Source: Chiloscyllium plagiosum
Lineage: Eukaryota
Direction: 5' to 3'
Length of the DNA stretch: 64,000 nt
Assembly (NCBI RefSeq): GCF_004010195.1
Contig: NC_057719.1
Coordinates: 9,587,112-9,651,111, forward strand
Part shown: positions 1 through 12,597 of the stretch, one piece after another
Position numbering within the stretch: position 1 is the stretch's first letter
How the letters are laid out: each line of letters begins with the position of its first letter
Position numbers and translations under genes: made by a program
Notes under the pieces: generated by a model
Seen by the model: the letters and a program-made list of their open reading frames with translations, nothing else
The model's database searches: none
What the model was told of the DNA's origin: nothing

Positions 1-538
1 CGATGAGCAGGAGAATCAACATTTCAGGCATAAGCCCTTCATTAGGAGTGAGGCTTATGCCCGAAATGTTGATTCTCCTGCTCCTCGGATGCTGCCTGAC
101 CTGCTGTGCTTTTCCAGTGACATACTTTGCGACTCTGACCTCCAGCGCCTGCAGCCCTCACTTTCTCTCACTACGGATACAGTCATTCTCACTTTGCACG
201 AACAGTGATTTGCCTCTGACCAACATTACTGGCCATGTTCTAGAACAGTAAAAGAACGGTCACCACAGTTTCAGCCCCAAATACTGTGCAAGGCATTCAA
301 AGTTGAGAGTGACGGCAGAATTGGAATGGAGTGTTAGTAGGGCAATGACTTTGAATGGTCAATATCTCAGAGCAATGTCTCTCAATTGAAAGGACGAAAC
401 AAGGTTTCAGGATTGCAATGGAAGGTCAAAATATTTAAAACAAAAATATGAATCAGTGCTTTAAAAGAGTGCAGTAATCAGCACAAGCCATTACACAGAG
501 CAACTTCAAGTCATCGAGAATGAAATACAATTTTCTAC

Positions 539-565
539 CTTGCATGTTTGCCTTGATTAACTCAA
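539..565 (-). CDS. NRXN3: 27-nt alternative microexon, homolog of neurexin splice site 6 (SS6/AS6); encodes VELIKANMQ
   Basis: Minus strand: ctaac branch point ... cttctgcttcttttttttttgctcacaaag|TT GAG TTA ATC AAG GCA AAC ATG CAA G|gtagaa. Frame-preserving phase 1/1, downstream of the LNS5 exon, and aligns with the mammalian SS6 peptide VAL(M/T)KADLQ. Confidence 0.88.
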
Positions 566-1409
566 CTTTGTGAGCAAAAAAAAAGAAGCAGAAGAATAGC
601 AGGGGTTAGTTAAGTAGCTGGCAGTGGTGTCAATAAAAGCAACTAATCACAATGTTTGGAAAAGAAATGCATGCAGCATTAATATATCAATGTCATAAGC
701 AAGCACATTTAAAACTGACGTCCTATTGCTCGGGAAAATGGTTTTACCATAGCCCACCTTACTGCTGACTTACCGTGCATTGCGACATTTGCCAAATTTT
801 GCTTAACAGTATCACAGTAAAAGTGAAGATGCTGATCTCCTGAGCAAGTCTCAGTAATCACAAATCACTTGCCCAACTCAGCTTCTAGCAAAGCTAATAC
901 ATTCAGTATTTGGTTTTCATTGGAGCAGAAACAAAAGCCATATTAAGAAAGATGTTGCACACCAGTTAAACATGATGTGAAAAAGCATGCTACACTCACA
1001 AATTCCATGTGACTTTTTAATTATTGCACCTTAAAAGTATTTTATGAAGGTATGGTGTATGCCTGTGAAGGCATGGGGATTTTGTAATTTTGCCATTGTA
1101 CAGAGCCCTGGTGAGACTATACCTTTTGTTTTCCTTTATTCATTCACAGGATGCGGTCATTGCTGGCTCGGCAACATTTATTGCCCATCCCTAATTGCCC
1201 ACCAGAGCTTTATGAATTCTCATTAGCACATCGCTGCTTTTACGTTCCAACCCTCTTGAAATAAATGACAACATTACATTTGCTTTCTTAACCACGGACT
1301 CAACCTGCAAGTCAACCTTTAGAGAATCCAGGACGAGCACTCCCTTTGTACTTTGGCTTTATGAATTTTCTTACCGTTTAGAAAGTTTTCCATGCCTGTA
1401 TCCTTAATT

Positions 1410-1636
1410 AGGTAAAAACAAGGACTGCAGATGCTGAAAACCAGATTCTAGATTAGAGTAGTGCTGGAAAAGCACAGCAGGTCAGGCAGCATCCGAGTAG
1501 CAGGGAAATCGACGTTTCGGGCAAAAGCCCTTCATCAGGAATGATACAGGGCTTTTGCCTGAAACGTCGATTTCCCTGCTCCATGGATGCTGCCTGAACT
1601 GCTGTGCTTTTCCAGCACCACTCTAATCTAGAATCT
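1410..1636. mobile_element. Penelope-like inverted terminal-repeat remnant (fold-back, ~90-bp arms)
   Basis: gtgctggaaaagcacagcaggtcaggcagcatcc...ggatgctgcctgaactgctgtgcttttccagcac. Related copies at ~1-165, 6710-6900, 10270-10395, 12405-12600, 27585-27785, 45780-45920. Confidence 0.75.
1508..1542 (-). ncRNA. Minimal hammerhead ribozyme motif in a Penelope repeat
   Basis: CAUUC CUGAUGA A GGGC-UUUU-GCCC GAAAC GUC GAU: intact core, 4-bp stem II, palindromic ACGU stem III. Confidence 0.7.
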
Positions 1637-1724
1637 GTATTCTTTTTTCCAAAGTACAAGACCTCGCATTTGCTCACATTGAATTTCATCAGCCATTTCC
1701 TGGACCACTCTCCTAAACTCTCCC

Positions 1725-1955
1725 AGAGGACAATTAAGAGTCAATCACATTGCAAATGTGGTCAGGAATCTCATTAGGCCAGACCAGGTAAGGATGGCAG
1801 ATTCCTTCCTTAAGTGGTCATCATTAGACTCTTAATTCCAGGTATTTATTGAGTCTAAATTCCACCCTCTGCCATGATGGGATTCAAACCCAGGTCCCCA
1901 GAACATTATCTGGGACTCTGGGTTAACAATTCAGCAATAATACTATTAGGGCCAT
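1725..1955 (-). mobile_element. tRNA-headed SINE (family not named); other copies ~12935-13275, 23830-24080, 49585-49925, 58980-59250 (-) and 47710-48170 (+)
   Basis: Shared body (aagagtcaaccacattgc...agaccaggtaaggatggcag) and an A/B-box-like head on the minus strand (tggcctagtggtatta...gggtttgaatcc). Confidence 0.7.
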
Positions 1956-1959
1956 CGGT

Positions 1960-2875
1960 ACAAAGTTAGGTTAACAGGCAGGTAGTTCTGAGGAGGTGGT
2001 GAGGCTGCACAAAGATTTAGACAGTTTAGGAGAGTGGCCCAGGAAATGGCTGATGAAATTCAATGTGAGCAAACCCGAGGTCTTGCACTTTAGAATTAAG
2101 AATACAGGCATGGACTACTTTCTAAATGATGAGAAAATTCATAAAGCCAAAGTACAAAGGGATCTGGGAGTACTAGTACAGGATTCTCTAAAGGTTAACT
2201 TGCAGGTTGAGTCCGTGGTTAAGAAAGCAAATGTAATGTTGTCATTTATTTCAAGAGGGTTGGAATGTAAAAGCAGTGATGTGCTAATGAGAATTCATAA
2301 AGCTCTGGTGGGGCCCCATTTAGAATATTGTGACCAATTCTGGGCCCCACACCTCAGGAAGGACATAATGCTACTGGAGCGTGTCCAGCGGAGATTCACA
2401 CCGGTGATCCGTGGAATGGTATGCCTAACATATGATGAACGGCTGTGGATCCTGGGATTGTATTCATTCGAGTTTAGAAGGTTATGGGGACATTTAATAG
2501 AAACTTACAAGATAATGCATGGCTTAGAAAGGGTGGACGCTGGGAATTTGTTTCCGTCAGGTGGGGATATTAGGACCCGTGGGCACAGCCTTAGAATTAG
2601 AGGGGGTCAATTTAAAACAGAAATGAGGAGACATTTCTTTAGCCAGAGAGCGGCGGGCCTGTGGAATTCATTGCCACGGAGTGCAGTGAAGGCCGGGGCG
2701 TTAAATGTCTTCAAGGCAGAGATTGGTAAATTCTTAATCTCGCAAGGAATTAAGGGCTACAGGGAGAGTGCGGGGTAAGTCGCGTTGAAATGCCCATCAG
2801 CTATGATTGAATGGCAGAGTGGACTCACTGGGCCGAATGGCCTTACTTCCATTCCTATGTCATATGGTCTTATGG
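1960..2875 (+). mobile_element. 5'-truncated CR1 LINE (RT C-terminus and 3' UTR)
   Basis: ORF 1996..2778: WLMKFNVSK...GPHLEYCDQFWAP...WNSLP; tail tcatatggtcttatgg. Confidence 0.92.
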
Positions 2876-2879
2876 CTCT

Positions 2880-3408
2880 GCAGTAGCATGTGCAGTTTTG
2901 GTCTCTGTACCTGATGAGGGAGTGCAACAAAGACTTTTTCCTGGGATGGTAGGACTGACATATGAAGAGAGATCGGAATGGTTAGGACTATATTCACTGG
3001 AGTTTAGAAGAATGATGAGCTTTCTCATAGAAACTTATCAAACTGTAACAGGACTAATCATGATAAATGCAGAAAGGGTTTGTCTAATGACTGGAAGTTG
3101 AAAACCAGGGCTCACTGTCTAAGGATATGGGGTAGGCCATTTAGGAGTGAGATGTGGAGAAATGTCTTCACGCAGAGAGTGGTGATCCTGTGGAATTCTC
3201 TGCCACAGAAACAAGTTGAACCAAAAACATTGAATGTTGTCAAGAAGGAGTTAGATATAGTTCTTAGAGCCAAAGGGATCAAAGGATATGGGGAGAAGGT
3301 TGGTACAGGGTACTAAGATGAATGGTCGACCATGATCATATTGAATGGTGGAGCAGGCTCGATGGACTGAATGGCCTACTCCTGCTTCTAGTTTCTATGT
3401 TTCTATGA
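2880..3408 (+). mobile_element. Degenerate CR1 3' fragment
   Basis: ORFs 2811..3101 and 3080..3316: LGLYSLEFRRM...FTQRVVILWNSLP; tail tttctatgtttctatg. Confidence 0.85.
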
Positions 3409-3769
3409 ACTGTTGCATGAAAACAAAACTAATGGGTGTCTTAAAGAATCCATGTGACCACATAGTCCATTCATATACTGTAATGGAACAACATACAAGA
3501 CTCAATCGAACTATGGGGAGTAATGGAAAATGGTAGTTCAGAGCAATATTTGATAAGAAAAACCATTACCTATCACATCATGAATCTGGTGCAAAATCAA
3601 AAGGCATTTAGGATAAGGAATATTTATTACAACGCAAATGGCTGATTTTACTTTTGGAAACCAAACATCTGGCCAATCTTTACACTTGATACCCATGTCC
3701 CTCCTTGACCTCCTTCCTCTCATATTTCCCACAAGGTATGCCTAATGTCTAATAACCATTTGACCTTCT

Positions 3770-4196
3770 GCCCAAGACTGCAAGAAATTACGGAGAGTTT
3801 CGAATGCAGGTCAGTCTATCATGAAAACCAGTCTTCCATCCACTCACTCCATCTACACTTCCTGCTGCCTGGGGAAAGCAGCCAATATCATCAAAGACCT
3901 CTCCCACCCCGTCTTACTCTCTTCCACCCTCTTCCATCAGGCAGAAGATACAAACATTTGAAAACTCGTACCAACAGACTTAAGAACAGCTTCTTCCCTG
4001 CTGTTATCAGACTTTTGAACTGACCTCTCCTTTATTAGAGTTGATCTTTCTCTGCACCTTCTCTGTAGCTGTAACACTTTATTGTGCATTCTGTTCTATT
4101 ATCCTGATGTACTTAAGTAGGGTATGATATGTCTGGTTAGCACGCCAAACAATACTTATAACTGTATTGTGGTACATGTGACAATAATAAATCAAA
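3770..4196 (+). mobile_element. Rex1/Babar-type LINE 3' end
   Basis: LFHPLPSGRRYK...RLKNSFFPAVIRLLN, then a 3' UTR ending catgtgacaataataaatcaaat. Confidence 0.8.
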
Positions 4197-5099
4197 TTTT
4201 AAAAAAGTCACTTGCTCTGGAACGCTGTTTTATTTACCAGATGCAATCATTCATTGGTACAGTACAGTCATTCCATCCACTGTGAGTGTTCTAGTTTCTT
4301 GAAGGACCTGCCTGTTAGTTAGTTTCACCCTTCTGCTCTCTCCTGCTTAGTCCTGCAAATACTCCATCTTCAACTCTTCATTCAATTCCTTTACAAAAGT
4401 AATCAATGATATACCATGCACTGCTTTTCAGGCAGCCCATTTGGGATCACAAGAACTTGTTGTGCAAGGCTACCGATTGTGCTCTTTGTCCCACCTTGCT
4501 AATTCTCTTCCTTTGTTCCCTGAAGATGCTGAATCCTCCCTGGCTTCATGGATGCTTGGATCACTCAAATGCTATTCTTCCCTTTCTCAGAGTAAGGGCA
4601 CCGTGTCTAATTAAAGCACCCTTATAATCATTGCTGCTGAGATTAGTTAGTCCATGAGCAGTGAGTAAACCCATGGAATCTTCTTCAGAAAGCATCAGAG
4701 AAGCAGGTCTGGCAGCATCTGTGGAGAGAGAAGCAGAGCTAACTTTTTTCGGGACGGGTAATAAATGCTGGTCAGCCAGTGACACCCATGTCCCACAAGT
4801 GAATTAAAAAAATTGCAAAAGGAATCTTCTGTGGAAGAATTGGACTCAGAAAGTTAACTCTGTTCCACAGATGCTCCCAGATTTGCTCAGTTCCTCTGCC
4901 ACCATTTGTATTTCAGACCTCCAGGACCTGCACTGCTTTTCTTTACCTTGGGATCTTCCTGTTCCGTGTAGTACCATGACACTGATAGTGAGTTTACCTA
5001 TCCAGCCATTGACAGGAGCAATTAGTGGTCTTTAGATAGTCAATGATTCCCGTCTCGGAGAAGGCGAACTTAGTGAACTAACTGCTTGAATCATAAAGT

Positions 5100-5411
5100 G
5101 GGCGGCACGGTGGCACAGTGGTTAGCACTGCTGCCTCACAGCGCCAGAGACCTGGGTTCAATTCCCACCTCAGGCGACTGACTGTGTGGAGTTTGCACAC
5201 TCTCCCCGTGTCTGCGTGGGTTTCCTCCGGGTGCTCCGGTTTCCTCCCACAGTCCAAAGATGTGCAGGTTAGGTGAATTGGCCATGCTAAATTGCCCGTA
5301 GTGTTAGGTAAGGGGTAAATGTAGGGGTATGGGTGGGTTGCGCTTCGGCGGGGCGGTGTGGACTTATTGGGCCGAAGGGCCTGTTTCCTCACTGTAAGTA
5401 ATCTAATCTAA
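5100..5411 (+). mobile_element. HE1-type shark tRNA-derived SINE, near full length
   Basis: gggcggcacggtggcacagtggttagcactgctgcctcacagcgcc...gggttcaattccc head (A/B boxes), conserved core, taatct tail repeats. Confidence 0.88.
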
Positions 5412-6919
5412 TATACTCCAAGAAATGAGGAATTAACAAAAAACAAATTGTAGCAATAATAAAATAATCACTTTTATAATAAGGACTGGTAAAAGCAACG
5501 CAAAGTTGGTTTTATTTTAGAAGTAGGGCACCAACATTTTCCAATTTGGAACCACCATGAAACATTAATGAAATTTGCGTGCGTATGTGTGCATATATAT
5601 TCATGAACACCCTTGGGTCTTACTTTGACTGGTTGAAGTGCTGTTACATTAACATGAAAGAGATTTTCTTTTTAAATGATTCCATCATCATTCACTGCAG
5701 GTAGACTAGTATCTTCACAGCAACAGGAACAGATTAACTAAATATAAAGCACTCTAATGATGTCGTCAGGGAGTTACTGTCTTTTAGAGTACTCATTAAG
5801 CCAGTGGCAATAAGTTTAGTCCATGTAACAGATCCAAAAAGGATTGATTGAGACACCCAGATAAAAGGAAAGCACATTCATCCCTCCAACCAAACAACTC
5901 TAAGTGCCCTCGTGTCTAATTTCCATGTTCACCTATCCAACGTCAATGCTGTTGACGTAAATGAATGAAAAGTCACCTTAATGCTTTTCATATTACTTTT
6001 TAGATATTGTCAGGGAGAAGCCTGGTTTCCTTTCTGCTTCATTATGTGCTGGGGATTTTAATCAGAAATACATGCAGCCATTTAAAGTTACACCTCAAGA
6101 TTTGTTTTTTTTTGTAACTCATTTGTGGGATGTGGACGTCACTGATTGGGCCAGCATCTATTGCCCATCCCTAGTTACCCCTTGAGAAGGTGGGGGTGAG
6201 TTGCCTTCTTGAATCGCTGCAGTCCACCTGCAGTTGGTTGACTCACAATGCACATAGGGAGGGAATTCCTGGATTTTGACCCGGCAACAGTGAAGGAATG
6301 GCAATATATTTCCAAGTCAGGGTGGTGAGTGGCCTGGAGGTGAACTTGCAGGTGGTGGTGTTCCCAAGTATCTGCTGCCCTTGTCCTTCGAGATGGAAAA
6401 GCTTGTGAGTTTATAAGATATTGTCTGAGGATCTTTGGTAATTTTCTGCAGTACATCTTGTAGCCTATGACAAAGGTTAAAGATCTATCATAAATGAAGT
6501 AACACTCACTGAGTGCAGCTGTGCCAAACTGAGAAATATGGAAGGCACACCTGTCAGTGACATCTGAAAGGCTCCCCCTCTCTTGATGCCAACTATGGTC
6601 TTCTGTATTGGTCTGTCTGTTTTAAGGTACTGCAGTGGGATTTGCCATTGCCTTCTGCAAATGTTTGATCAGCAGTTTAAGGAGGCAGCACTCCACAGTG
6701 GTACCAAAATGTGTGGCGCTGGAAAAGCACAGCCGGTCAGGCAGCATCCGAGCTACAGGAAAGTCAATGTTTCAAGCAGAGGAGCTTATGATTGAAATGT
6801 CAACTCCCCTGGTCCCCAGATGCTGCCTGACCTGCTGTGCTTTTCCAACACCACATTTTTTGACTGATCTTCAGCATCTGCAGTCCTCACTTTCTCCTCC
6901 ACAGTGGAATTTTAACAAT

Positions 6920-7842
6920 ATGGGTGTTCTTTGCACTCTTTGGCTTGTCCTAGGATGGATGTGTTGTCCCAGTCGAAATGGTGTCCTTCCTCATCTGTCT
7001 GTAAGGATACTAGTGAGGGAAGATCATGTCATTTTGTGGCTAGTTGATGTTCATGTATCCTGGTGGCTAGTTTTCTGCCCGTTTGTCCAATGTAGTGTTT
7101 GTTATAGTTCTTGCAACGTATTTTGTAAATGACATTTGTTTTGCATCTTGTCTGTGTAGGGTCTTTCAAGTTCATTAGCTGCTGTTTTAGTGTGTTGGTG
7201 GGTTTGTGGGCTACCATGAAGCCATTGGGTCTGAGTAGTCTGGCAATCATTTCTGAGATGTCTTTGATGTAGGGCAGAGTGGCTAGGGTTTCTGGACATG
7301 TTTTGTCTGCTTGTTTGGGTTTGTTGCTGAGAAATCTGCAGACTGTGTTCATTGGGTACCCATTCGTTTTGAATACACTATATAAGTGATTTTCCTCTGC
7401 TCTGCGTAGTTCCTCTGTGCTGCAGTGTGTGGTGGCTCTTTGGAATAATGTTCTGTTGAAGCTTCGTTTGTGGATGTCGAGGTGATTGCTTCTGAGTTCA
7501 ATATTCGGTCCGAATGTGTTGTTTTCGAGTAGACGCTGGTTTGAACGAGCCACTTGGACAACACATACATCCTAGGACAAGCCAAACAGAGATACACACG
7601 AGAACTCTATCAACAAACACATTTACTTGGACCTGATTTACCACCCCCTGAGTAAAAGGACAGGAAATGACATCACCACAGGAAATGACATCACCAATCC
7701 AAAGAAACCCAAACATACAAATGGAAAGCAGGAATCATCAGCAATGTTTCGTCTGGAGGCTCACTGAAGATATTATCTAGTGTGGTGACGAAACATCTGA
7801 AAATGAACCTTCCAGCTCAGCGAGCAAACCTACATCCAGAAC
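6920..7842. mobile_element. Penelope-like element: RT thumb and GIY-YIG endonuclease on -, terminal-repeat portion on +
   Basis: ORF 7029..7553 (-): LFQRATTHCS...NGYP...LPYIKDISE...NVIYKIRC...YIGQTGRKL. The + strand 7555-7842 carries the 3' end with a degenerate hammerhead at ~7762-7800. Confidence 0.88.
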
Positions 7843-8115
7843 ATTCCTATTTTATTTTAGGAACCTCCCATTTCCTACCAAATTAGAAATACCTTCAATC
7901 AAATAAATATTTGAATCTCTTCCTTAGTTGTTTTGATGTCCTGGCCCAAATATTTGGTGATTAGCTCAACCAATAAGGTATCAGGTTTACCAGATCCAAA
8001 TGAGGCTAGATCTGGAATTCTCACTCACCCCACCCCAAAAATACACATTCAGGAAAAAAAAACAGACTATGAGGTGCTCAGTTGATCGATTGTTCTGTGT
8101 TTGGTTCTGAAAGTC

Positions 8116-8429
8116 CACACGGTAGCTCAGTGGTTAGCACTGCTGCCTCACAGCATCAGGGACCCGGGTTCAATTCAAACCTTGGGTACTGACTGTGAGA
8201 AGTTTGCACATTCTCCCTGTGTCTGTGTGGGTTTCCTCCGGGTGCTCTGGTTTCCTCCCACAGTCCAAAGATGTGCAGGTCAGGTGAATTGGCCATGCAA
8301 AATTGCCCATAGTGTTAGGTGCATTAGTCAGAGGGAAATGGTTCTGGGTGGGTTACTCTTCGGAATGTCGGTGTGAACTTGTTGGGCCAAAGGGCCTGTT
8401 TCACCTTGTAGGGAATCTAATCTAATCTA
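8116..8429 (+). mobile_element. HE1-type SINE
   Basis: Same head, core and aatct tail as 5100-5411. Confidence 0.85.
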
Positions 8430-8494
8430 AAATTGATCTATGGTCACTGTGCTTGACTGGTTATGCTTGGACATTGATTCGGAGCAAAGTAAAT

Positions 8495-9010
8495 TCTGAT
8501 CTCCTTCCTTTCTGAAGGATGTGGTGAAACCTGAAAGGATTCAGAAAAGATTTTCAAGGATGTTGCCAAGGTTGGAGAATTTGAACTATAAGGAGAGGTT
8601 GAATAGGCTGGGGCAATTTTCACTGGAGTGTCGGAGGCTGAGGGGTGACTTTATTGAGGTTTATAAAATCATGAGGGGGATGGATAGGGTAAATAGACAA
8701 AGTCTTTTCCCTGGGGTGCGGGAATCCAGAACTAGAGCGCATAAGTTTAATGTGAGAGGGGAAAGATATAAAAGGGACCTAAGGGGCAAATTTTCCTGCA
8801 GAGGGTGGTACGTGTATGGAATGAGCTGGTGGAGGCTAGTACAATTGCAGCATTTAAAAGGCATCTGGGTGGGTATATGAATAGGAAGGATTCAGAGGGA
8901 TATGGGCCAAGTGCTGGGAAGTGGGAGTAGATTATGTTAGGATATCTGGTCGGGATGGGCTAGTTGGACCAGAGGGTCTGTTTCCATGCTGTACATATCT
9001 GTGACTCTAT
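8495..9010 (+). mobile_element. CR1 (HER1-like) 3' fragment; similar fragments at ~9690-10190 and 11105-11290
   Basis: ERIQKRFSRMLP...RRLRGDFIEVYKIM; gactctatga tail. Confidence 0.87.
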
Positions 9011-11633
9011 GAGTCTACAATACCAGAGAAATTACTGAAAGCTGAGCTGTAATCATGAGTTCAGACATTTATTGAATGTCGACAACCTTTAAGGCATTCT
9101 AAATAAAACCTGATGTATATATTGAGAAACTCGTACCGTTGCATTGCTTTGAGAAACAGCATCAGTTCAGTAGGGTGGATTGCCACCACCTTCTGAAGAG
9201 CAATTAAGGTTGGGTATTAAATGAGGGCCTAGCTCACAATGCCAATATACCCTGGGATAGAGACCTTAGCTATCCATCTTGCCTATGACCTGCATGATTG
9301 TATCAATAAACATTAATAAATATCCTCCACTTGGATGAACACCATCAAAGATTTGGCTTTGATTGGCACCCCTTCCACCATCAACATTCACTGCCTTCCC
9401 CACTGATGCACAGTGAAAGCAGTGGGTACCTTCTACAGGATGCATTGTGGCAACTCAGCCATCTTCTTTCCAGTGTGTGTACGCTTTGCTACCTTCTCCC
9501 CAGCACCCCCCCCCCCCCCATGAACTCATGCCACTCACCCAAACTCACGCTGACCCCGTTGACTCCATGTGTCAATTATAAATGTCAAAAAAAGCTGGCA
9601 TTTTGGTTTGACAAGGGTGTTAAGAACTACAGGGCGCAGGCAGCTAAAAGGACTAACAGATCAGCCATGAACAATATAATAGGCCAAAGTACTATGTCCA
9701 GTTCTGGTTGCCCTGTTACAGGAAGAATGTTATTAAGCTAGAGGGGATTCAGGAGAGATGTACCAGGATGTTGCCGGGTATGGAAGGTTTCAGTTATAAA
9801 GAAAGGCTGGATAGGCTGGGACTTTTCTCACGAGAGTATAGGAGGTTAAGACATGACCTTAAAGAAGTTTATATAATCTTGAGGGGTATAGATAGGGTAA
9901 ATGGATTGGGATGGGGGAGTTTCAAGAATGGGGGCACATTTTTAAGGTAGAGGAGAGAGATACTTGAGGAATAAACTTTACTTGGTGGGTGTGTGGAATG
10001 AGCTTCCTGAGAAAGTGGTGGATGTGGGTAGAATTACACCATTTAAAAGACATCTGGATAAGTACATGAATTGGAAAGGTTTAAAGGATTATGGGCCAGG
10101 AGCAGGCAGATGGGACTAGTTAGCTTGGGACTATGTTCGACATAGACACGTTGGACTGAAGGGTCAGTTTCCGTGCTGTATGACTCTATGACATGGCAAA
10201 TGTGTCCTTCCCTATTCTTGTATTCTTGTATATGAATACCTGTGATGGGGGTTTTGCTGGAACTGACTTTTCATTCCTGATGAAGGGCCTTTGCCCGGAA
10301 CGTTGATTTTCCAGCTCCTCGGATGCTACCTGACCTGCTGTATTTTTCCAGCACCACTTGATTCTAATCTCCAGCAGCTGCGGTACTCATTTTCGCCCCC
10401 CCCGTTTTGCTGGAACTGTCGGGGGGGGGGGGTGGGAGGGCCTTAGAGAACTGGGCAGAACTCTCCCTCAACAGGTCAAATCACAGAAATAGAGACCACG
10501 GTTGGAAAGACAGTACATGACCGGTAAATGAATGGATTTCCTTGAGTACAATAACTTCCCTTTCCTTCAACCTTCTACCTGTTTATATCATTCATATCAA
10601 TATTAGTGGATAATCAGAAATCTGATGCATGGAAAATATAAAAGTATTTAGTTGAGCACTAGAAAGGTGATAATATTCAAGGCAATGGGCCTAGTGATGG
10701 AAAATGGGGCTAGTGTAGTCCTGGTAGTACAGTCTTGATGGGCCAAAGGGTCTCTTATTTACTTTATGATTCTATAATAAATTACCTGTTACTTCTGAAG
10801 AGAAGCTTCAAATAAAATTAATAGAAGAAAATCCATTTTTGAAGAGAATAAAAAAACTAAATCATGTTTAGTGACTTTATTCAGTTCTTTTAATTACCAT
10901 AGCAATCAAGCCAAATGTAATTGTGCTAACTATTAAATTTAAATTTGGGATCTTGTCATGGTGAAACAGAATAGACTCACTTACCATGAAAAAGATAGAT
11001 TTAAATACTTGGTTCACAGTTTTATGTATTGCCAGATGAGGGTCTTTTAATAAGAAGTACAATATTACATTACGTTGGTATTATATGTGAAACCTGCACA
11101 GAAGTTAAGGGGCAATGTGTTCACACAGAGGGTGGTACGTGTATGGATTGAGCTGCCAGAGGAAGTGGTGGAGGCTGGTACAATTGCAACATTTAAGAGG
11201 CATTTGGATGGTTATATGAATAGGAAGGGTTTGGAGGGATATGGGCCAGGTGCTGGCAGATGGGATATGCTGTACATCTCTATGATTCTAAGTTAAACAT
11301 GCAGTTACAAAAGAAGCTCTATCAAGTCCCAACTATACCTACCCCAGTTGTCTCAGGAAATTAGCAACTGAAAGGGTTAATTGGCATCATGTGATAAGCT
11401 CCTTCCATCAGGATACAATGAAGTGCTGCTGGGAAGAGCTAACCATTGCCTCAACAGGATCCCAGTAGCTATTACAGAGCTAAGCTCAGCATCATTAACA
11501 TTAATGGACAGACTCTTAAGTTCAACCGGATGTCTTCCAAAGGATTCTCATGTGTTAAGGACCAGGCCAGACCCCCTCAAAACATTTCAAGAAAGTAGAG
11601 CACACTCTAACTTTGCTTGTTGTTTTAAGCAGG

Positions 11634-12229
11634 TGTAACGTGGATATTACAGGAGGGATGCAGCTGCTCAAACTAGTTAGATTTAAACAAAACAGAATTT
11701 ATTTGTAAGATTATTGATTGGAATACAAATGAAAGAGAACAGATTATAGAATAACTTAACCGATCTGAAAAGCCAACAGATTATCCCAACTTAATGTTGT
11801 TGTTCCAAATTCCTGCAACAATCCTCATAAACACCCTTGTCACAAAAGGTAAAACCAAACCACAGGAACTTACAGGAGACAGAGAGAGAGAGATGGCAGA
11901 GGGATTCAGCGTGGAACACCTTCTTCCATGGAGCTGCTTCTTGGATCAGCAGCCATACACTGACTGCTTTCAGTGAGCAGCCAGACTGCTAAAACCAAAC
12001 CAAACAAAACCAAACCAGAGAAAAGCTGAGCTGGAAGAACTAGCTACTTTCATTGTATAATTATTTTTTTAAAATTTGAAAGCCTTTTTCCTGAGGCAGT
12101 ATCTGTTAGCTATAATCAAATTGGCCCTAAAACCCCACCCAAACTAGACAACTCAACCTGTGTCTTTACGACCACACTGAAAAAACACCAAGGCTATCAT
12201 AATCTTGTTAAAGGAGCAGCATTGTCAAA
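11634..12229 (-). mobile_element. Possible solo LTR (~600 bp)
   Basis: Starts tgtaac and ends tgtcaaa (near gtcaca); flanks cagg/catg resemble a 4-bp TSD; AATAAA on - about 65 nt inside the end; no ORF. Confidence 0.4.
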
Positions 12230-12597
12230 CATGCAACTCAAATATAATGCAACCAGCCATTCAGTACAATATATTCTCAGAATTTATTCTCAGAAACTCA
12301 ATTGGACTTGCCACATAAACACAGTAGCTACAAGAGCAGGTCAGAGGCGAGGAATACTGCAGTGAACAACTCATCCTCTGACTCCTCAAAGCCTGTCCAC
12401 AAGGTGAAAGTGAAGATTGCAGGTGCTGGAGATTAGAGTTGAGATTGTGGTGCTGGAAGAGCACAGCAGGTCAGGCAGCATCCGAGGAGTAGGAGAATCG
12501 ATGTTTCGGGCAAAAGGGCTGGTGAAGGGCTTTTGCCCGGAAATGTCAATTCACCTGGTCCTCAGATGCTGCCTGACCTGCTGTGTTTTTCCAGCAC

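Larger units (their letters stand above)
1255..1720 (-). mobile_element. Inverted fragment of the same CR1 family, interrupted by a Penelope-type palindrome
   Basis: Reverse complement matches ~2020-2255 of the plus-strand CR1; ctgtat flanks the insert on both sides. Confidence 0.8.

Noticed and set aside
1295..1325. Minus-strand 'KVDLQ' resembling the SS6 peptide KADLQ
   Set aside because: It is part of an inverted CR1 fragment (DSLKVDLQVESVV) with no proper splice context; the better SS6 match is 539-565.
5100..5170. tRNA gene
   Set aside because: A/B boxes belong to a SINE head that continues into the SINE body; no complete cloverleaf.
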